Source: Octopus bimaculoides
Taxonomy: Eukaryota
Reading direction: 5' to 3'
Length of the DNA: 64,000 bases
Assembly (NCBI RefSeq): GCF_001194135.2
Contig: NC_068998.1
Span: 12,766,279 to 12,830,278 of the forward strand
Positions 50,262 to 64,000 of this stretch are shown piece after piece. Numbering within the stretch: the stretch's first letter is position 1; the number at the start of each line of letters is the position of its first letter. Under the pieces are notes generated by a model. That model worked only from the letters and a program-made list of their open reading frames with translations, ran no database searches and was not told the DNA's origin. A program made the translations under genes and the position numbers.

Positions 50262-51106
50262 TAGTTACACACACACACACACACGCATATTCATATTTGT
50301 TTTTAATAGTGTTGCTCCTTATACCCAATACTGTTTCTCTTACTGTTTCTCTTATTCTTCACTTTCTCTCACTCTCTCACTCTCTCAATACTTGTGGATG
50401 GTAATGGTAGAAGCGGGACATTCTCTTTCATCCTGCACTGTTACTTATAATGCTCAGGTTCCCTCAGGTACCGTCTCTTCTCAATCATTGATTGCCTTTT
50501 TTTTTTTATTCCGGTCTCATTCCCACTTTTGCCTTCACCCACCCACCACTCATTCTTAATCTTTTTTTTTTTTTTGCCTTTCATTCTCCTCGTTCTCTAC
50601 AATTCCTTACTTTTCTTCCCTACTCACAAATATCTATTCTTTTGAGTGTGTTCTTTTTTTCTTTCTTTCTTTTCCTTTCGAGTTTCGGTTTTCTTAAGGG
50701 AAAACAAGTATGAACGAGAAAGAAAAGGAAAGATAGGGAATGAAAGTAAAACCATTGAAATGATGGTTTAAAATTATCAGCCATTGATTTTCTTATGAAT
50801 GGAAGTTAATTGTGTTGAAATATCAACCATGTCTTAACTTTTGAATATATCATTCTTTTGAATGATATATTTCCCTCCACTGAGATTCATATTTATATCA
50901 TTGTTATCCCATTACCAGTTACATCATTCAGCTGTTGTACATGCGTATAACTGTAGCTGTATTGTATATTATAAATTGTTGCATTCGGTGCTCTTCTATT
51001 GACTACCTATGTTTATTTTGATGGTTTTACTTTTTACTGTCACATGTACCTCTCTGTACTGAATAACAACTGTCAACCAGGGATCTTTACATGTTATTTG
51101 TACTAG

Positions 51107-51194
51107 ATGAAGGAGTTTGCTTTGGGGTATCTGTTTCATTGGAAGAATGCTATCTATTTTCAGAATGTCTGATCACAGCTTATCGACTCAGATA
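51107..51194 (+). CDS. Exon candidate: (D)EGVCFGVSVSLEECYLFSECLITAYRLR
   Basis: ttatttgtactag acceptor, GTGAGA donor, 88 nt, phase 1 to 2. Confidence 0.35.
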
Positions 51195-52506
51195 GTGAGA
51201 AGTGGTCATATGTGTGGCTTAGTGCTTAAGAAGTCCACTTTGAAATCATGTGGTCTTGCGTTCAGTCCTACAGCATGGCGGTTTGGGTGTTGGACTCATG
51301 ATCGTAAGATTGTGGTTTCAATTTCTCGACCAGGCAATGATATTGTGTTTTTGAGCAAAATACTCCATTTTACCTTATGCCAATCCACTCAGCTGGTAAA
51401 AATGAGTAATCTTGTAATGGACCAACTTCCATCCAGGGAGAAATATATACACCAGAGAGACCCGGAAACTGGTGCTATGCTCCTTATAGAGTAATGTGGA
51501 CTGGCTGGTCATAGGGAAAGAAGATAAATGTTATCCAGTATTTGTATGCTGGTGTGCTACATTATAAAATCTCTCACACAGCTATTCTCTCAAATATCTT
51601 TTGCACACAAACAATGCCAAGCGCAAAGTAATCAGTTTAACTGGGAAATGGAATCCCAATTAGCTACTCTAATTGTTATGCTACTGCATAATGTGCGCTT
51701 GAAACTCCAATAAAGAGCAAGCAGCCCTATTGCTTAAGTAGCCAACTTTGGAAACAGACTCAAATTCACTTCCAATTAATGATTATATCCTTTTCTTCAA
51801 TGTCACTGTTTCTTTCCCACGTAGGCAACTGAATTATTGCTGCAAATATCTGGATATTTAAATGTATCAAATATAACAACATTGTTTTTGTTTTTTCATA
51901 GTTGCCTGTTATTGACATATTCAAATGTGGCATAAAGGTGACACTTATTTTCAGATAAGAAAACTGGGCCAAACATGGCAACAGGTTTTATTTATTTATT
52001 TATTTATTCATCATTTTTATGGGGCTCAGATGCAAGAAACAATACCAAACAAGCAAAACAAAACAAGACAAAGACCCTGCTAGAAAGGAGTCCAGAGTGA
52101 CATCAATGTATGTGTAGTGTTCATTTGTGTGTATAAATAGCTTGTGTGCAAATAGTTCAGCTGCAAATGATATATATATTGACTCTGCAGATTTAGCACC
52201 CCCTCCTCCTCCTCTTTCTGCACCCTCCTCTGCGACCTTTTCTTCTTCCTCTACATTTGTTTTTTCTCCTTATTCTTTCCTCCTTTCTTGTCTCCTCTGC
52301 TTCTCCACATCTTCCTTTTCTCCTAGTTCCCTTGATCCTCTTCCTATTCTACTTCATCTTCTTCTGACTCTGCTTCCTCCTCCTCTTCCTCCTTCTCCTC
52401 TTCCTCCTTCTCCTCCTTCTGCCTCTGTCTTTGTGTTTTCTCTTCCCCCCATCCCTCTTGTCATCACCACCACCGCCTCCAATAAGATGTCTGAAACCAA
52501 CAAGGA

Positions 52507-52879
52507 AGCCACTCTCAACAAGAGTCCATATAACCCCTGGGGGTCCATATAAGGTTTTTGGGCAAGGTTCACCCTAGAAAAATAGTAAATTGGGGATCCT
52601 CAATAGTATTTTAAGGGTCCACAAAAATTGTTGATTTTTATGTATTTATTGCAAAAAAAAAAAAAAAGAAAAAAAGGAAAAACAACAGCTGGGTTCCTTT
52701 CTCTAATGTTTTACACAGTTCAACCTACACAAGTTAACATGTGAAAAACAAAATAGGAATTTTGAAAGAAGTATCTATAAAACTAGTTATCAAACATCAA
52801 ATGGCTATGGGGGGGGGGTCTACCTGATTAAAATAGTAATCAAAGGGATCCATAGGTAAAAAATGGTTGAGAACCACTG
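52507..52879. mobile_element. hAT (Charlie/MER5-like) MITE, degenerate left end
   Basis: Right TIR GGTTGAGAACCACTG, left remnant actctcaac...cccctgggggtcc. Confidence 0.55.
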
Positions 52880-53280
52880 CACTAGACTGTTGCTTGACCT
52901 CATAGAAATTATGATGGCTGGCTAATGCTACCATTGTATTATGTAGTATTAGATAAATGACACCTTAAAATAAGAAAATAAAAGCTGGAATGGTTATTAT
53001 CCAATGGTTTTTGTCATATGTCTATCCAATCAAGACCAACCTACCTTAAACGACAAATCTTGTTTCTTGAGGTTTGAATGGGTTGAACTGGTAATACTGC
53101 ATATTGAACCAGTAATACTGCGATATCTTCTGTTAATCCAGTGTTATCTTAGCTTCTGAGAATCTACCATTCTGTGATATGACCCCGTTCACTTCTTCCT
53201 ATCTCTTTCATTGGCCTTCTTTTCTCTGCTACAAACAGCTTTCTCAGTAATAGCTCATTTTTCTTTTTTTTACCTAGCAG

Positions 53281-53347
53281 GATTTGTCCATTCACACTGC
53301 ATACAGTCAAGAAGATGACACAAATCTCATTTCTGTCTGGCATCCAC
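53281..53347 (+). CDS. Exon candidate: DLSIHTAYSQEDDTNLISVWHP
   Basis: Very strong ttttcttttttttacctagcag acceptor, GTAATT donor. The phase link to upstream exons is unresolved. Confidence 0.3.
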
Positions 53348-53685
53348 GTAATTTCATATAATCCTCCAAGTTTCACAAATGTCATGTTTAGGTGATATAT
53401 GTAGCAGTTACCAAATGCAACAGTATAATTTTAGCTTGCAGATTGTGGCATAGTAGAGAAGTAACAAGGAGAAGCTGAGAAAGACTGCTTGTTACATAGT
53501 TAAAGAAATGACAAGTTGAGAAGTGACATAAAGATTTTATTGAACTGTTACAAAGTCTCACAACAATGATGAATTGTTTTCAGTTTTGATGAAGAATCTT
53601 TCATGGGCTGGCACTAAGTTGATGCGAAACTTGTGCAAGGTTGCCATTGATGAAAAGTTAAGTGGCAGAGTGAAAAGTGAAAGGA

Positions 53686-53750
<65 letters not shown>

Positions 53751-53934
53751 TTGAAGTGTACAGTTTTATATATCCATTATGGCCGATCTTACCAATCAAT
53801 TTTGTGCTATGGATTCAATGGAGTGCTAGGTTACAGTCTGATTATGTAACCCTGCACTCATCAGAGGTAGCTGTTATGGAATGAAATATGGCAACTGCTC
53901 TTTATTGTTAGAGGTGAATAGACACATCCAGTTT

Positions 53935-54014
<80 letters not shown>

Positions 54015-55129
54015 GAGTTATCTGAAAGTTGTGGAAGAAGGAGAATGCTTCCTTACAGGTAACTTGAATTTATAGCTGTCCTAAGGTTGCATGACATCAT
54101 TGTCAGTGGAAGCAAATGGGTTTATCTGGATTGAACTCTTGTCTCATCTTAGATGGTGGTGAATTTGACAGGTTGAACTTAATAAATTCTAAGTGTAAAT
54201 TCCAAGAACAATAGAAACTGACATGGAGATCGATTCTTGGTTATGAGAATCTAGTGTGTATCTCTAACACAAATATGCAGCCTCATTCCTTTTAGAGGAG
54301 AGAGAGGGGGAGGGGGGCATTCTCTTTTGGCCTGTAGAGGTAACAGCATCTTCTACTCTGTGTTTACTCTAGTTCAGAAATGGAATATAGCTTTCTGAAA
54401 GAAGTACAGCATTTGAAATTTAAATTGTTATATTGGAATATGTTTGTGTTGATTTTAATTTGTTTAAAGCCTATGTTTTCAGTTAATTATGAATTTTTTT
54501 GGAAACATCTATTTAGATTTCTTTATCTGTATTTATAATTACTTTTTTGTAATAATTACAATTGTGTTGAAAGCAGAAATCTGGAAAAAAAATTTTCAAA
54601 AAAATAAGCCAAAATAAAAACTTATTATTTTTAAACTTAGGAGTGCTTATTCCAAAACTCTAACATTTTAATATTTTGTTAAAGTTTTTTATGAACAAGT
54701 GCATTTTATAAAGTAATAGCTTTTCCATTATAAACTTTTTTTTTCCTCGAATGCATTTTTGTCAGATAGCGGCTGTTTCCCCACCCTCATTCCAGCTACT
54801 CTATTTTCAATATAACCACCATAAGCATTAAGTATTGTTGTGAAATCCAAGTTAGCTCTGATTGTTCAGAAATATTATCAATGGTGATCATCTTATCTTT
54901 AATTTTTTTCCTTTTTTGACTTAGAGTACCTTGGACTATATTGTCCAATGTATTGTTTTTTGTTTTGTTTTTTAAGATGTTAAGGTGCAGTTTGAGGGAG
55001 ATTTGGCTGCTATTTTTTTCTACAGCAAAACTCCCACATTGGCAAGAGCAATCCTTCCATTTCTGTCTGTCTTCCTGTCTGTTTCTCTCTTTCTATCTAT
55101 CTATTTATCTATCTATGTATATATAGATA

Positions 55130-55172
<43 letters not shown>

Positions 55173-55330
55173 ACTCATTCATTCATTCATTGGTGATAAA
55201 TATGAGGATATACATAATATATGCATGATATTGTACAACTAATTCTAAAACTGAACATTCCAGAAGGCAATATTTACCATGGTTTGGGTGGTAAAAATCA
55301 TTGAAAGTTTATTTGAAGATAAAGAGCTAA

Positions 55331-55433
<103 letters not shown>

Positions 55434-56404
55434 TGCATGTGTGTACGTGTGTGTAAAATGAATAAATTAAGAAATGAATAAATAAAATAACATTTTGATT
55501 GCATTTGGAAGATAAACCACTTTAAAAATATAATGGCCAATAGCAACGCTGGAGTGCTACAGTAACCTGATACCATTTAGTTATTTGCCAAATATCAGAA
55601 AAAGAATTTTTATGCTGAAGAGGGTGTTATTTATTTTTTTACTATTTTTGTTTCTCATGTGATTCTATGCTTTGGGCAAATAGTTCCCTAACAGACGTGA
55701 AGGTGTGAGTTCAATCCTATTTTTAGCAATTGATACAAACAGGACAAATGTTGTTAAGCTATGTTGTTAACCTACAGCATCACACATATGGTTTATAAGC
55801 AGTGCTAGATATACTCAAAGTATGTAACTGAAATAACATAAGTGAAATTTGAAGTATGAAACCCTTTAGCATTCAAATTATTCTGTCAAAAGTAATGCTT
55901 ATTTATTCATATTGTTTTGAATTAATCATGCATTAACTTGTAGCTTTGAGATTTTGATGAGGTAACTGTTAATTTTTATTAATATTGTAAGATTGGTGTG
56001 AAGAGCCAGACACAGCCAGTTTGAACATAATAAAACAGGTAGAAAATTTTGGCTGGATATGGCTGGTTTAAATGCTAACAGGCTGAAGGTTTATGTATTC
56101 ATTGATCTGTTTTCAGTTTATTTGGGACATTTCGCAAGTTTTATTATCAAGTATATTATCATTAGATAGATTTTTTTTTTTCTTTTGAAAATGCTTTCTA
56201 AATTGATTAGAAAATGTTATTGTCTCACTGATAGAATTATGCGATCTAACAGTTTAAATTATCTACTTACAATTGCTACTTTCCATTTTCTAAATGACAC
56301 ATGCGAATGTTACAAAGCATGTTACTGCGGGCCCTTCTTAAAGAATTATCAGTGGGGCCCTCTACTCTACAAAAGCTGAAGATTGATGTTTTATACTTTG
56401 TGTA

Positions 56405-56531
56405 CAGGGTGTCCACAAAGACTGGGTACATGGAGTAAATGAAATCATAACATAAACAATTAACTATAAGAAATAATAATTTCTTAAAGTATGTTTTAAT
56501 CCCCTTGTACCCAGACTTTGTGGACACCCTG
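56405..56531. mobile_element. 127-bp Tc1/mariner MITE
   Basis: 29-bp TIRs CAGGGTGTCCACAAAG(A/T)CTGGGTACA(T/A)GG (27/29 match) with TA flanks. Confidence 0.9.
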
Positions 56532-56751
56532 TAGTATACCAGTTCCAGCCAAAAAGATTTGAGGGTTTGAGGCTACATCATTGGCCAAAATGATATACTA
56601 AAAATTCATCATAACATCCTTTCCTTGAATGTGTGCACAGAGCCTTCTCTTGGCATGAGACCCTCTTTTGATGCAGGGCCCAATTTGAACAAATCTGTCT
56701 AATTGGCTTACAACCAGCTCTGTGTATGTGTGTGTATATCTTTTATGTCTT

Positions 56752-57020
56752 AACTTTTACTTGTTTCAATCACTGGACTGTGGCTGTACTGGTGTGCCAC
56801 CTTGAATGGATTTAGTCAAACAAATTGATCCCAGTACCTTTGTTCTTTTAGTATTTATTCTATTGGTCGCTTTCTGCAAACCACTATGTCACAAGGACAT
56901 AAAGAAACCAACACCGGTTGTCATGCAGTTGTGCTCTGACAAACACACACACATATGTGGTGTGCTTCCACACAGTTTCCATCAAATGGATTCACTCACA
57001 AGGCATGGTTGACTCAGGGC
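56752..57020 (-). mobile_element. SINE family 1, diverged copy
   Basis: Reverse tail and body motifs. Confidence 0.65.
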
Positions 57021-60000
57021 TATATATATCTTTTACCTTTTAAGCAGGCAGGAAGGCAGACTCCTACATAATTCTTTGGTTAAAAAGTTTACTTCACAAA
57101 CATGTGGTTTTGGGTTCAGTACCACCGTGTGACACACTGGGCCATCTGATGTCAAATATAAAAAGTTCATTGTTATTATCATAAAGAAGTCACTTGCCCA
57201 AGGTGCCATGCAGTGGTTATTTGAACCCCAAATCACATGTTGCAAATTGAACTTCTAACCTCACAGCCATATCAGGACCTGTCTGTCTGTCTGTTTCTCT
57301 CTCTCTCTATATATATATTATACATTAGTGTGTGCTTGAGTAACTAAAGTTATTATGTAAAATTATGAGAAACCATGGAGAGTTAGTTAAAGGCTAATTT
57401 AATTAAGAGAGTTAAACTGTGTGAGATAAAATAGATACAGGTGTGGAAAGATTCTAAATTAGGGTGCAGCTGAAAGGTGTAATTAAAGAAGAAAAAAAAC
57501 ATTCATTTAAGAAAAACTTCTTTTTTTTTTTTTTTTTTNNNNNNNNNNNNNNNNNNNNNNNNNNNNNNNNNNNNNNNNNNNNNNNNNNNNNNNNNNNNNN
57601 NNNNNNNNNNNNNNNNNNNNNNNNNNNNNNNNNNNNNNNNNNNNNNNNNNNNNNNNNNNNNNNNNNNNNNNNNNNNNNNNNNNNNNNNNNNNNNNNNNNN
57701 NNNNNNNNNNNNNNNNNNNNNNNNNNNNNNNNNNNNNNNNNNNNNNNNNNNNNNNNNNNNNNNNNNNNNNNNNNNNNNNNNNNNNNNNNNCCCCACATCA
57801 ACCCAAAGATATTCCAGATGTGATTCATCATCACCACTCCAGAAGTGTATTTAGTACATTGGGGAGTATATTCATTATTTTTCTAAGATGTTAACATGTA
57901 ATTTGAGGGAGATTTGGCTGCTATTTCTAGTAAGTCTAATGACCATGTAGAGCCTTCTGGCTTGACTGCACCTGCATAAATAAGAGAGGATTTTATTCAG
58001 TCTGCTGCTTATACAGTGCTTCACTATTTATATCTATTTCACATCTCCCACATTATTTATAAACCTAGGATTCTGTCATTTAAACAAGTCATGTATTGTA
58101 TAAAGCTGTATTCAAGAATCCTCTTAAGAGGTTCTGTATTATTTTAGTACTTGGATTCTGGTTCCTTATGTTCTGAATTCCACTTCTTCTTTGATCAATC
58201 TTGTCTTTCATCTTTCTGAAGTTGATAAAAGTAAAGTTCCTTTTAAATGCTGGAGTCAGTGGTATCGACTATCTCCTTCCCCTCAAACTTATTGGCCTTG
58301 TGCCTAAATCAGAAATTATTATTTTAATATTTAGTAGTCATATTTATCCATCCATCCATCTAACTGACCACCCTTCCATCCATCCATCCATTGGGTCATC
58401 CAACTAACCAACCATCCAACCATCCCTCCTACACTTCACTCATTTATCTGTCAGGTTAGTCAGCCAGGTATATGCTTAAGATTTAATTCACAGTCATGTG
58501 GTTCCAGCTTTGGTCCCATGGCACCACACCATGAGCAAGTACCTTCTATGATGGCCTCTGGCTGACAAATGTCTTTATACATAAAATTTGGTTGAGAGAA
58601 ATTGTACAAGGGCCCATTGTATGTATATATATGTGTCTATTTATATATGTGTCTATTTATATATGTGTATATCAATTCGGTATAGACAAAACTGGTATGT
58701 CACACAAGAAATACTTTGTAGTATTCATGTCCAACTAAAAAACTGAAACAATGTCTTACTTTTCATTTCTTACGGAAAGCTAAGACAAAATAATATCAGA
58801 GTACTGAAGTCAATATAAATGACTTAGAAAAATTTTTTAGATATCATTCATGGCAGTACCCCTGCATGGCAGCTATCCAATGACCGAAACCAATGAAAAA
58901 ATTGTAGAATACCATAATTTAAAAGTGTAATTGCACATTTTGAATTCTGAATTGTGTAATGAAGAAAATAAAGATATAGAGATAAAGAGCAAAAAAAAAA
59001 AAAGGCTAATGTATTTCAGACAATAATATTATAAAGGGAATATTCTACCATTCCTTATTTGAATTTGCAAATTATATCGAGGGATTAAGATTTTATCCCA
59101 GTGTTGCGTTATTTAGGTAATGATTTGCTTGAGAAATTTGAAAATGGTTTGTTATGTCTAAAAATTTGAAGTTGAATGGGAATCCAATAGAATGTTGCTA
59201 ATTACGTTGTTACATCTATTTTTTAAAATTAATTTTATATCAAATTCAGTGAACAATAACATCCTTAGCTGTTGGTTTCCAGATAGCCCCTTCCCGACTG
59301 TGAGAGTGGCAAGGAGTGATTATGTTACTTGGACAAAGTAAATACCACAAGAGCTATTTTTGTTCAGATGCCTTGGGCATGGCTGTCACTTTAAGAAGTT
59401 CACTCCCAAGCCAAATGGTTTCAGGATCAGTCCCACTGCACAACACCTTGAGCAAGTGTCACACAATATTTGTAAACAAGCATTACCATCAAACAAGCAG
59501 TGCTGCTCATTTCCAATCTTCCACGAAAGCATATCTGGACTATGGGCAAAGTACTACACTACTTGGAAACAGATGAGAGTCGGTGACAAGAAGGGTATCT
59601 GGCCATAGAAATTTACTTCAGCCATTTCCATTTGATACATGCAAGCACAGAAGGAGGAGGAGAAGAAGAAAGAAGAGGAGGAGGAGAAGGTGGTGGTGGT
59701 GATGGTGGTGGTTGTTGTTGTTGTTGTTGTTGTTTGCATTTCTGGTTAAACAAAAACTGATGGAATAGTCTGCCTAAAGTTTATTTCCTGAGTTCAAAGT
59801 CTTGCTTGGATTAACTTTGCACTTTACCACTCTGATAACATAAAAATAGCAGTAATATACTGAGGTACATTCAACCAGCTATATCTATCTGCTATGAATT
59901 TCTGGCTTTGTGACAATGTTGAGAAATCAATATTTTGCAAGTAATGCAGTCAGCATGTGAACAAAGAGATATAGTGGAATTCCAGCTATGTGCACAAATA

Positions 60001-60644
60001 ATCAATATTGCGAGTGCATGAAATGCTTCGATGAAACTGGATGTAAACAGCGAGAAGGTTATTAAATGTTGCAATGGGTCACTGGAGCTAATAAATAAGT
60101 TCCTTTTCCCTAAGTAACTAGAGCTTAGAAGTGTAGGTAAAGTATTAGCTGTGGTGGCTGAAAAAAGATGTAGGAGCTTTCTGTCTCTATTGATTTAGGA
60201 CGAAAGCGAGGGAGAAGGAAAAAGAGAGACTGTGTGTGAATGTGTGTTTATGTATAAAGTTAGATTATATGATCCATCAGTCTGAACTTTAATATTACAT
60301 AACAATGAGCCTAGGACAAAGAAAGCCAAACATTCCATGTAACGGGAAAATATGATCTATTGAATGTGTAATAAACTTAGGGGAAGGAAAGGGGATGGTT
60401 TGGGTATTTTAAAAATATTTTTCTCTTTTTTTTTTTTTTTTTTAAATCACATTTTGCGAACAATAGCGTTGTTAGTTATAGGTTTCCAACAGGCCAATCA
60501 CTGGTTCACTGCAGTTTTTGATGGCGAAAGTGACAAGGCAGCAACATCTGTTTCAACTCAAGCGGAACAAATACCTCAAGGTATTTTTGTTCAGAAACAC
60601 TTGTTTATAGGTTTTCTTGGCAAGATATATATATATATATATAC

Positions 60645-60685
<41 letters not shown>

Positions 60686-60765
60686 NNNNNNNNNNNNNNN
60701 NNNNNNNNNNNNNNNNNNNNNNNNNNNNNNNNNNNNNNNNNNNNNNNNNNNNNNNNNNNNNNNNN

Positions 60766-60832
<67 letters not shown>

Positions 60833-61375
60833 GTACACAAAGACACACATACAGGTATGTATCTATACTCTCTCACACACACACACACACGATGGATTTC
60901 CACATAGTTTCCATTTACTATATTCACTCAAAAAGTTTTGATTGGTACGGTGCTACAGTAGAAACACTTACCCATGGTGCTGCAAAGTGGGACTGAACCC
61001 ATAATCATGTGATCACCAAAGCAAGCTTCTTAACTACACAACCATGCTTTATAAAATATGAAAAAAAAAAAAGTTTCCTAAGTTGGTGATTGAGACTCAT
61101 ATAATCAAAGATGTAGAAAGCAGCTAGACTCAGAACTTATATTCTGAGATTAATAAGCTTCAAACACAACACAGCTTAGAAGCTACTGCATAGATCTAAT
61201 ATGCTAATGCAAGCCAGCTTCATTTAAACTTATGGTGGCTGTTGTTTGTTTGTTTGTATGTATGCAGGTATGTATGAATGTATAAACTTATTTGGAAATG
61301 GATGCGTGGCGTTCAATTAAATAATAATCTAAANNNNNNNNNNNNNNNNNNNNNNNNNNNNNNNNNNNNNNNNNN

Positions 61376-61415
<40 letters not shown>

Positions 61416-61751
61416 TACATATACACACACATATATATATATGCATATATGAGTGTGTGTGCGTGTGTGTGCGTGCGTTCACATGCGTGTGTGTTTGTAT
61501 GTGTGTGTGTATGTATATATATAGGTGTATGTGTATATGCGTGTGTGTGTGTGTATATATGTATGTGTATATGTATATATACATATATATATATATTTAC
61601 GTACGTATGCATATATGTATGTATATATATGTGTGTGTGTGTGTATATATATATGTGTGTATGAATGTATGTTTATATGTGTGTGTGTATTTTTGTATAT
61701 ATATATGTATATGTATGTATGTATGTATATATATATATGTATGTATGTATA

Positions 61752-61796
<45 letters not shown>

Positions 61797-61818
61797 TGTA
61801 TATGTATGTGTATGTATG

Positions 61819-61868
<50 letters not shown>

Positions 61869-62901
61869 GAGAAAGAGAGAGATTTTGATGCACCATTATA
61901 TATGACAAATGGATTAAATGGACTTTCTGTTCAAATATGCAACAAGTACTGTCTTATGTATCTAAGAAAAACACTATATTTTACATGCAAGCGAGGGAGC
62001 TTCTCAGCAAACACTCTGAATGCTAGAAGTAGCAGATCAAATACCCCCTCAAATCACATTGTACTATCTTATAAGAACATTGAACAATGCATCCCTGGAC
62101 GTACAAAAAGATGGTGGCGCTCATTGCTGGATTACCTTTGAATATAAGCTTATGTAGTCAGGACCTTAACAACAACAATCCTCCTCCTGTTGCTACCCCT
62201 GCTCCTTTTCCTCTTCCTCCCCCTCCTCCTCCTCCTCCTCATCATCATCAAACGTCTACTTTATCATGCTTGCATGGGTCAGACGGAATTTGTTGAGGCA
62301 GATTTTCTGCAGCAATAGTCCTACCTGTTGCCAACCCTCACTTGTTTCCAATCAGAGTAATATTTCTCCATAGCTATATATATGTTTTTCAGGGAAGATT
62401 GATAAGGAACGGGGTTGCTTGTATGATAGTGATGCTCTTTTATGGCCATTACATGAAATCTAGATATGCGTGCGTGTCAACACACACATACACACACACG
62501 TATACATATATGTATACCTACATAAAACTATAAATAAAGAGAGAAATATACTATGATAAAATTTTATCATTGGATATTCTTATTCAACAACATTGTTTTG
62601 CTGTATCAGTATATTTCTCTATAATTCTATACACTCCATATACACTCCATATGCTTTGCTCTTGTATTGTACTATATATTCTATATATTTTGTAGAAAGA
62701 TACATTATGGAGCTTTTTCTAAGAGTAACACTGGATTAGTTGAATCCATATATTGTGACTTCCGTACGGCATTTTATCAGTGATCAGGTCGCGGCCTCAA
62801 AGCAACGAAAATATTTTGGCAAATTAAATTTAAATGTTGAAGTGAATCTAACGGTTTTTGTGTGTTTTTAAATGGCTTATAAACACCTTCCACACTGCAA
62901 T

Positions 62902-62933
<32 letters not shown>

Positions 62934-62994
62934 NNNNNNNNNNNNNNNNNNNNNNNNNNNNNNNNNNNNNNNNNNNNNNNNNNNNNNNNNNNNN

Positions 62995-63310
62995 ACATAT
63001 GTATATATCACAGGCTTCCTTCATTTTCCATCTAAATCACTCACAAAACCATGGTTGAGAAGCAAAATTTACATACATATACATACATACATATATACAT
63101 ATAGATATACATATGTACATATGTATATATCACAGGCTTCCTTCATTTTCCATCTAAATCACTCACAAAACCATGGTTGAGAAGCAAAATTTACATACAT
63201 ATACATACATACATATATACATATATATACATATGCACATATGTATATATCACAGGCTTCCTTCATTTTCCATCTACTAAATCACTCACAAAACCATGGT
63301 TGAGAAGCAA
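62995..63310. repeat. Tandem array of about 121 bp units (SINE fragment plus TA/CA microsatellite), about 2.6 copies visible
   Basis: Units start at 62995, 63117 and 63237. Confidence 0.9.
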
Positions 63311-63954
63311 GCTTCTCCACTACACAAGTATGCTTTGTGCCTATCAATGACAACAATATTTAGTTTTTTTTTATACTTGTGTTTTCTTCAAAGTGGAAAA
63401 TATATTGGTGTTTATTTTACTACCCTTCTGCCAAACTAACAGAGGGAGATTTATCTCTCATTCACTTAATGATTTTTAGAACAGAACTAAACATCAGTTT
63501 TATGAACTTTTGCCAGTGATGTATGAAAAAAAGATGAAAATAAATAAATAAATAAATAAATAAATAAAAAAGAGAGAGAGAGAAAGAAATTTCCTCCTTT
63601 TAACTTACAGAATAAATTTATCTTAATTTTAGTTTAAATGTGTTGAACATTTTAGACATAGTTAAAATGAAGTAAATCTTTGCTTTAAGATGGTAGTTAA
63701 ATGAGATTTACTGAATAAAAAATTGTTACTGTAATTTTTATGATATAGCCTTTAGAATAATCTACTTTTACATTAGATATTCTGATAAGATTCTCAGAAA
63801 CTCTGTATTAATATGACATAAATTGCTTATGTAATATTTATGCTATGGCTTTTTGAACTTACCACTTTGACACTAGATATCCTTAAAAATTATCAGAATT
63901 ATCTGTATAAACATTACACACATGAAGAACTCTGGAATATATATATATGTACGG

Positions 63955-64000
<46 letters not shown>

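Overview
AT-rich, microsatellite-dense eukaryotic DNA with many N gaps. The tRNA-derived SINE families and the gap pattern point to a coleoid cephalopod, most likely Octopus (inferred from repeat content only). Almost all ORFs in the supplied track are artefacts of microsatellites or N runs. Reading splice signals by hand gives a chain of short + strand exons from about 9.7 to 39.4 kb whose phases join into one reading frame for a protein I cannot name. A possible first exon lies at 5.7 kb, and weaker exon candidates extend to about 53 kb. One otherwise convincing exon carries an in-frame TGA (20873-20875), so the locus is either a young pseudogene or allele, an assembly error, or a recoded gene. 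The introns hold a variant tRNA-Lys(UUU), several SINE families, hAT, piggyBac and Tc1/mariner MITEs, a Helentron-like element, an RTE LINE fragment, Penelope-like remnants, a head-to-head palindrome of a tRNA-headed element with a hammerhead-like core, a 240-bp hairpin and several tandem arrays. No homology searches were run, so family names come from recognised motifs.
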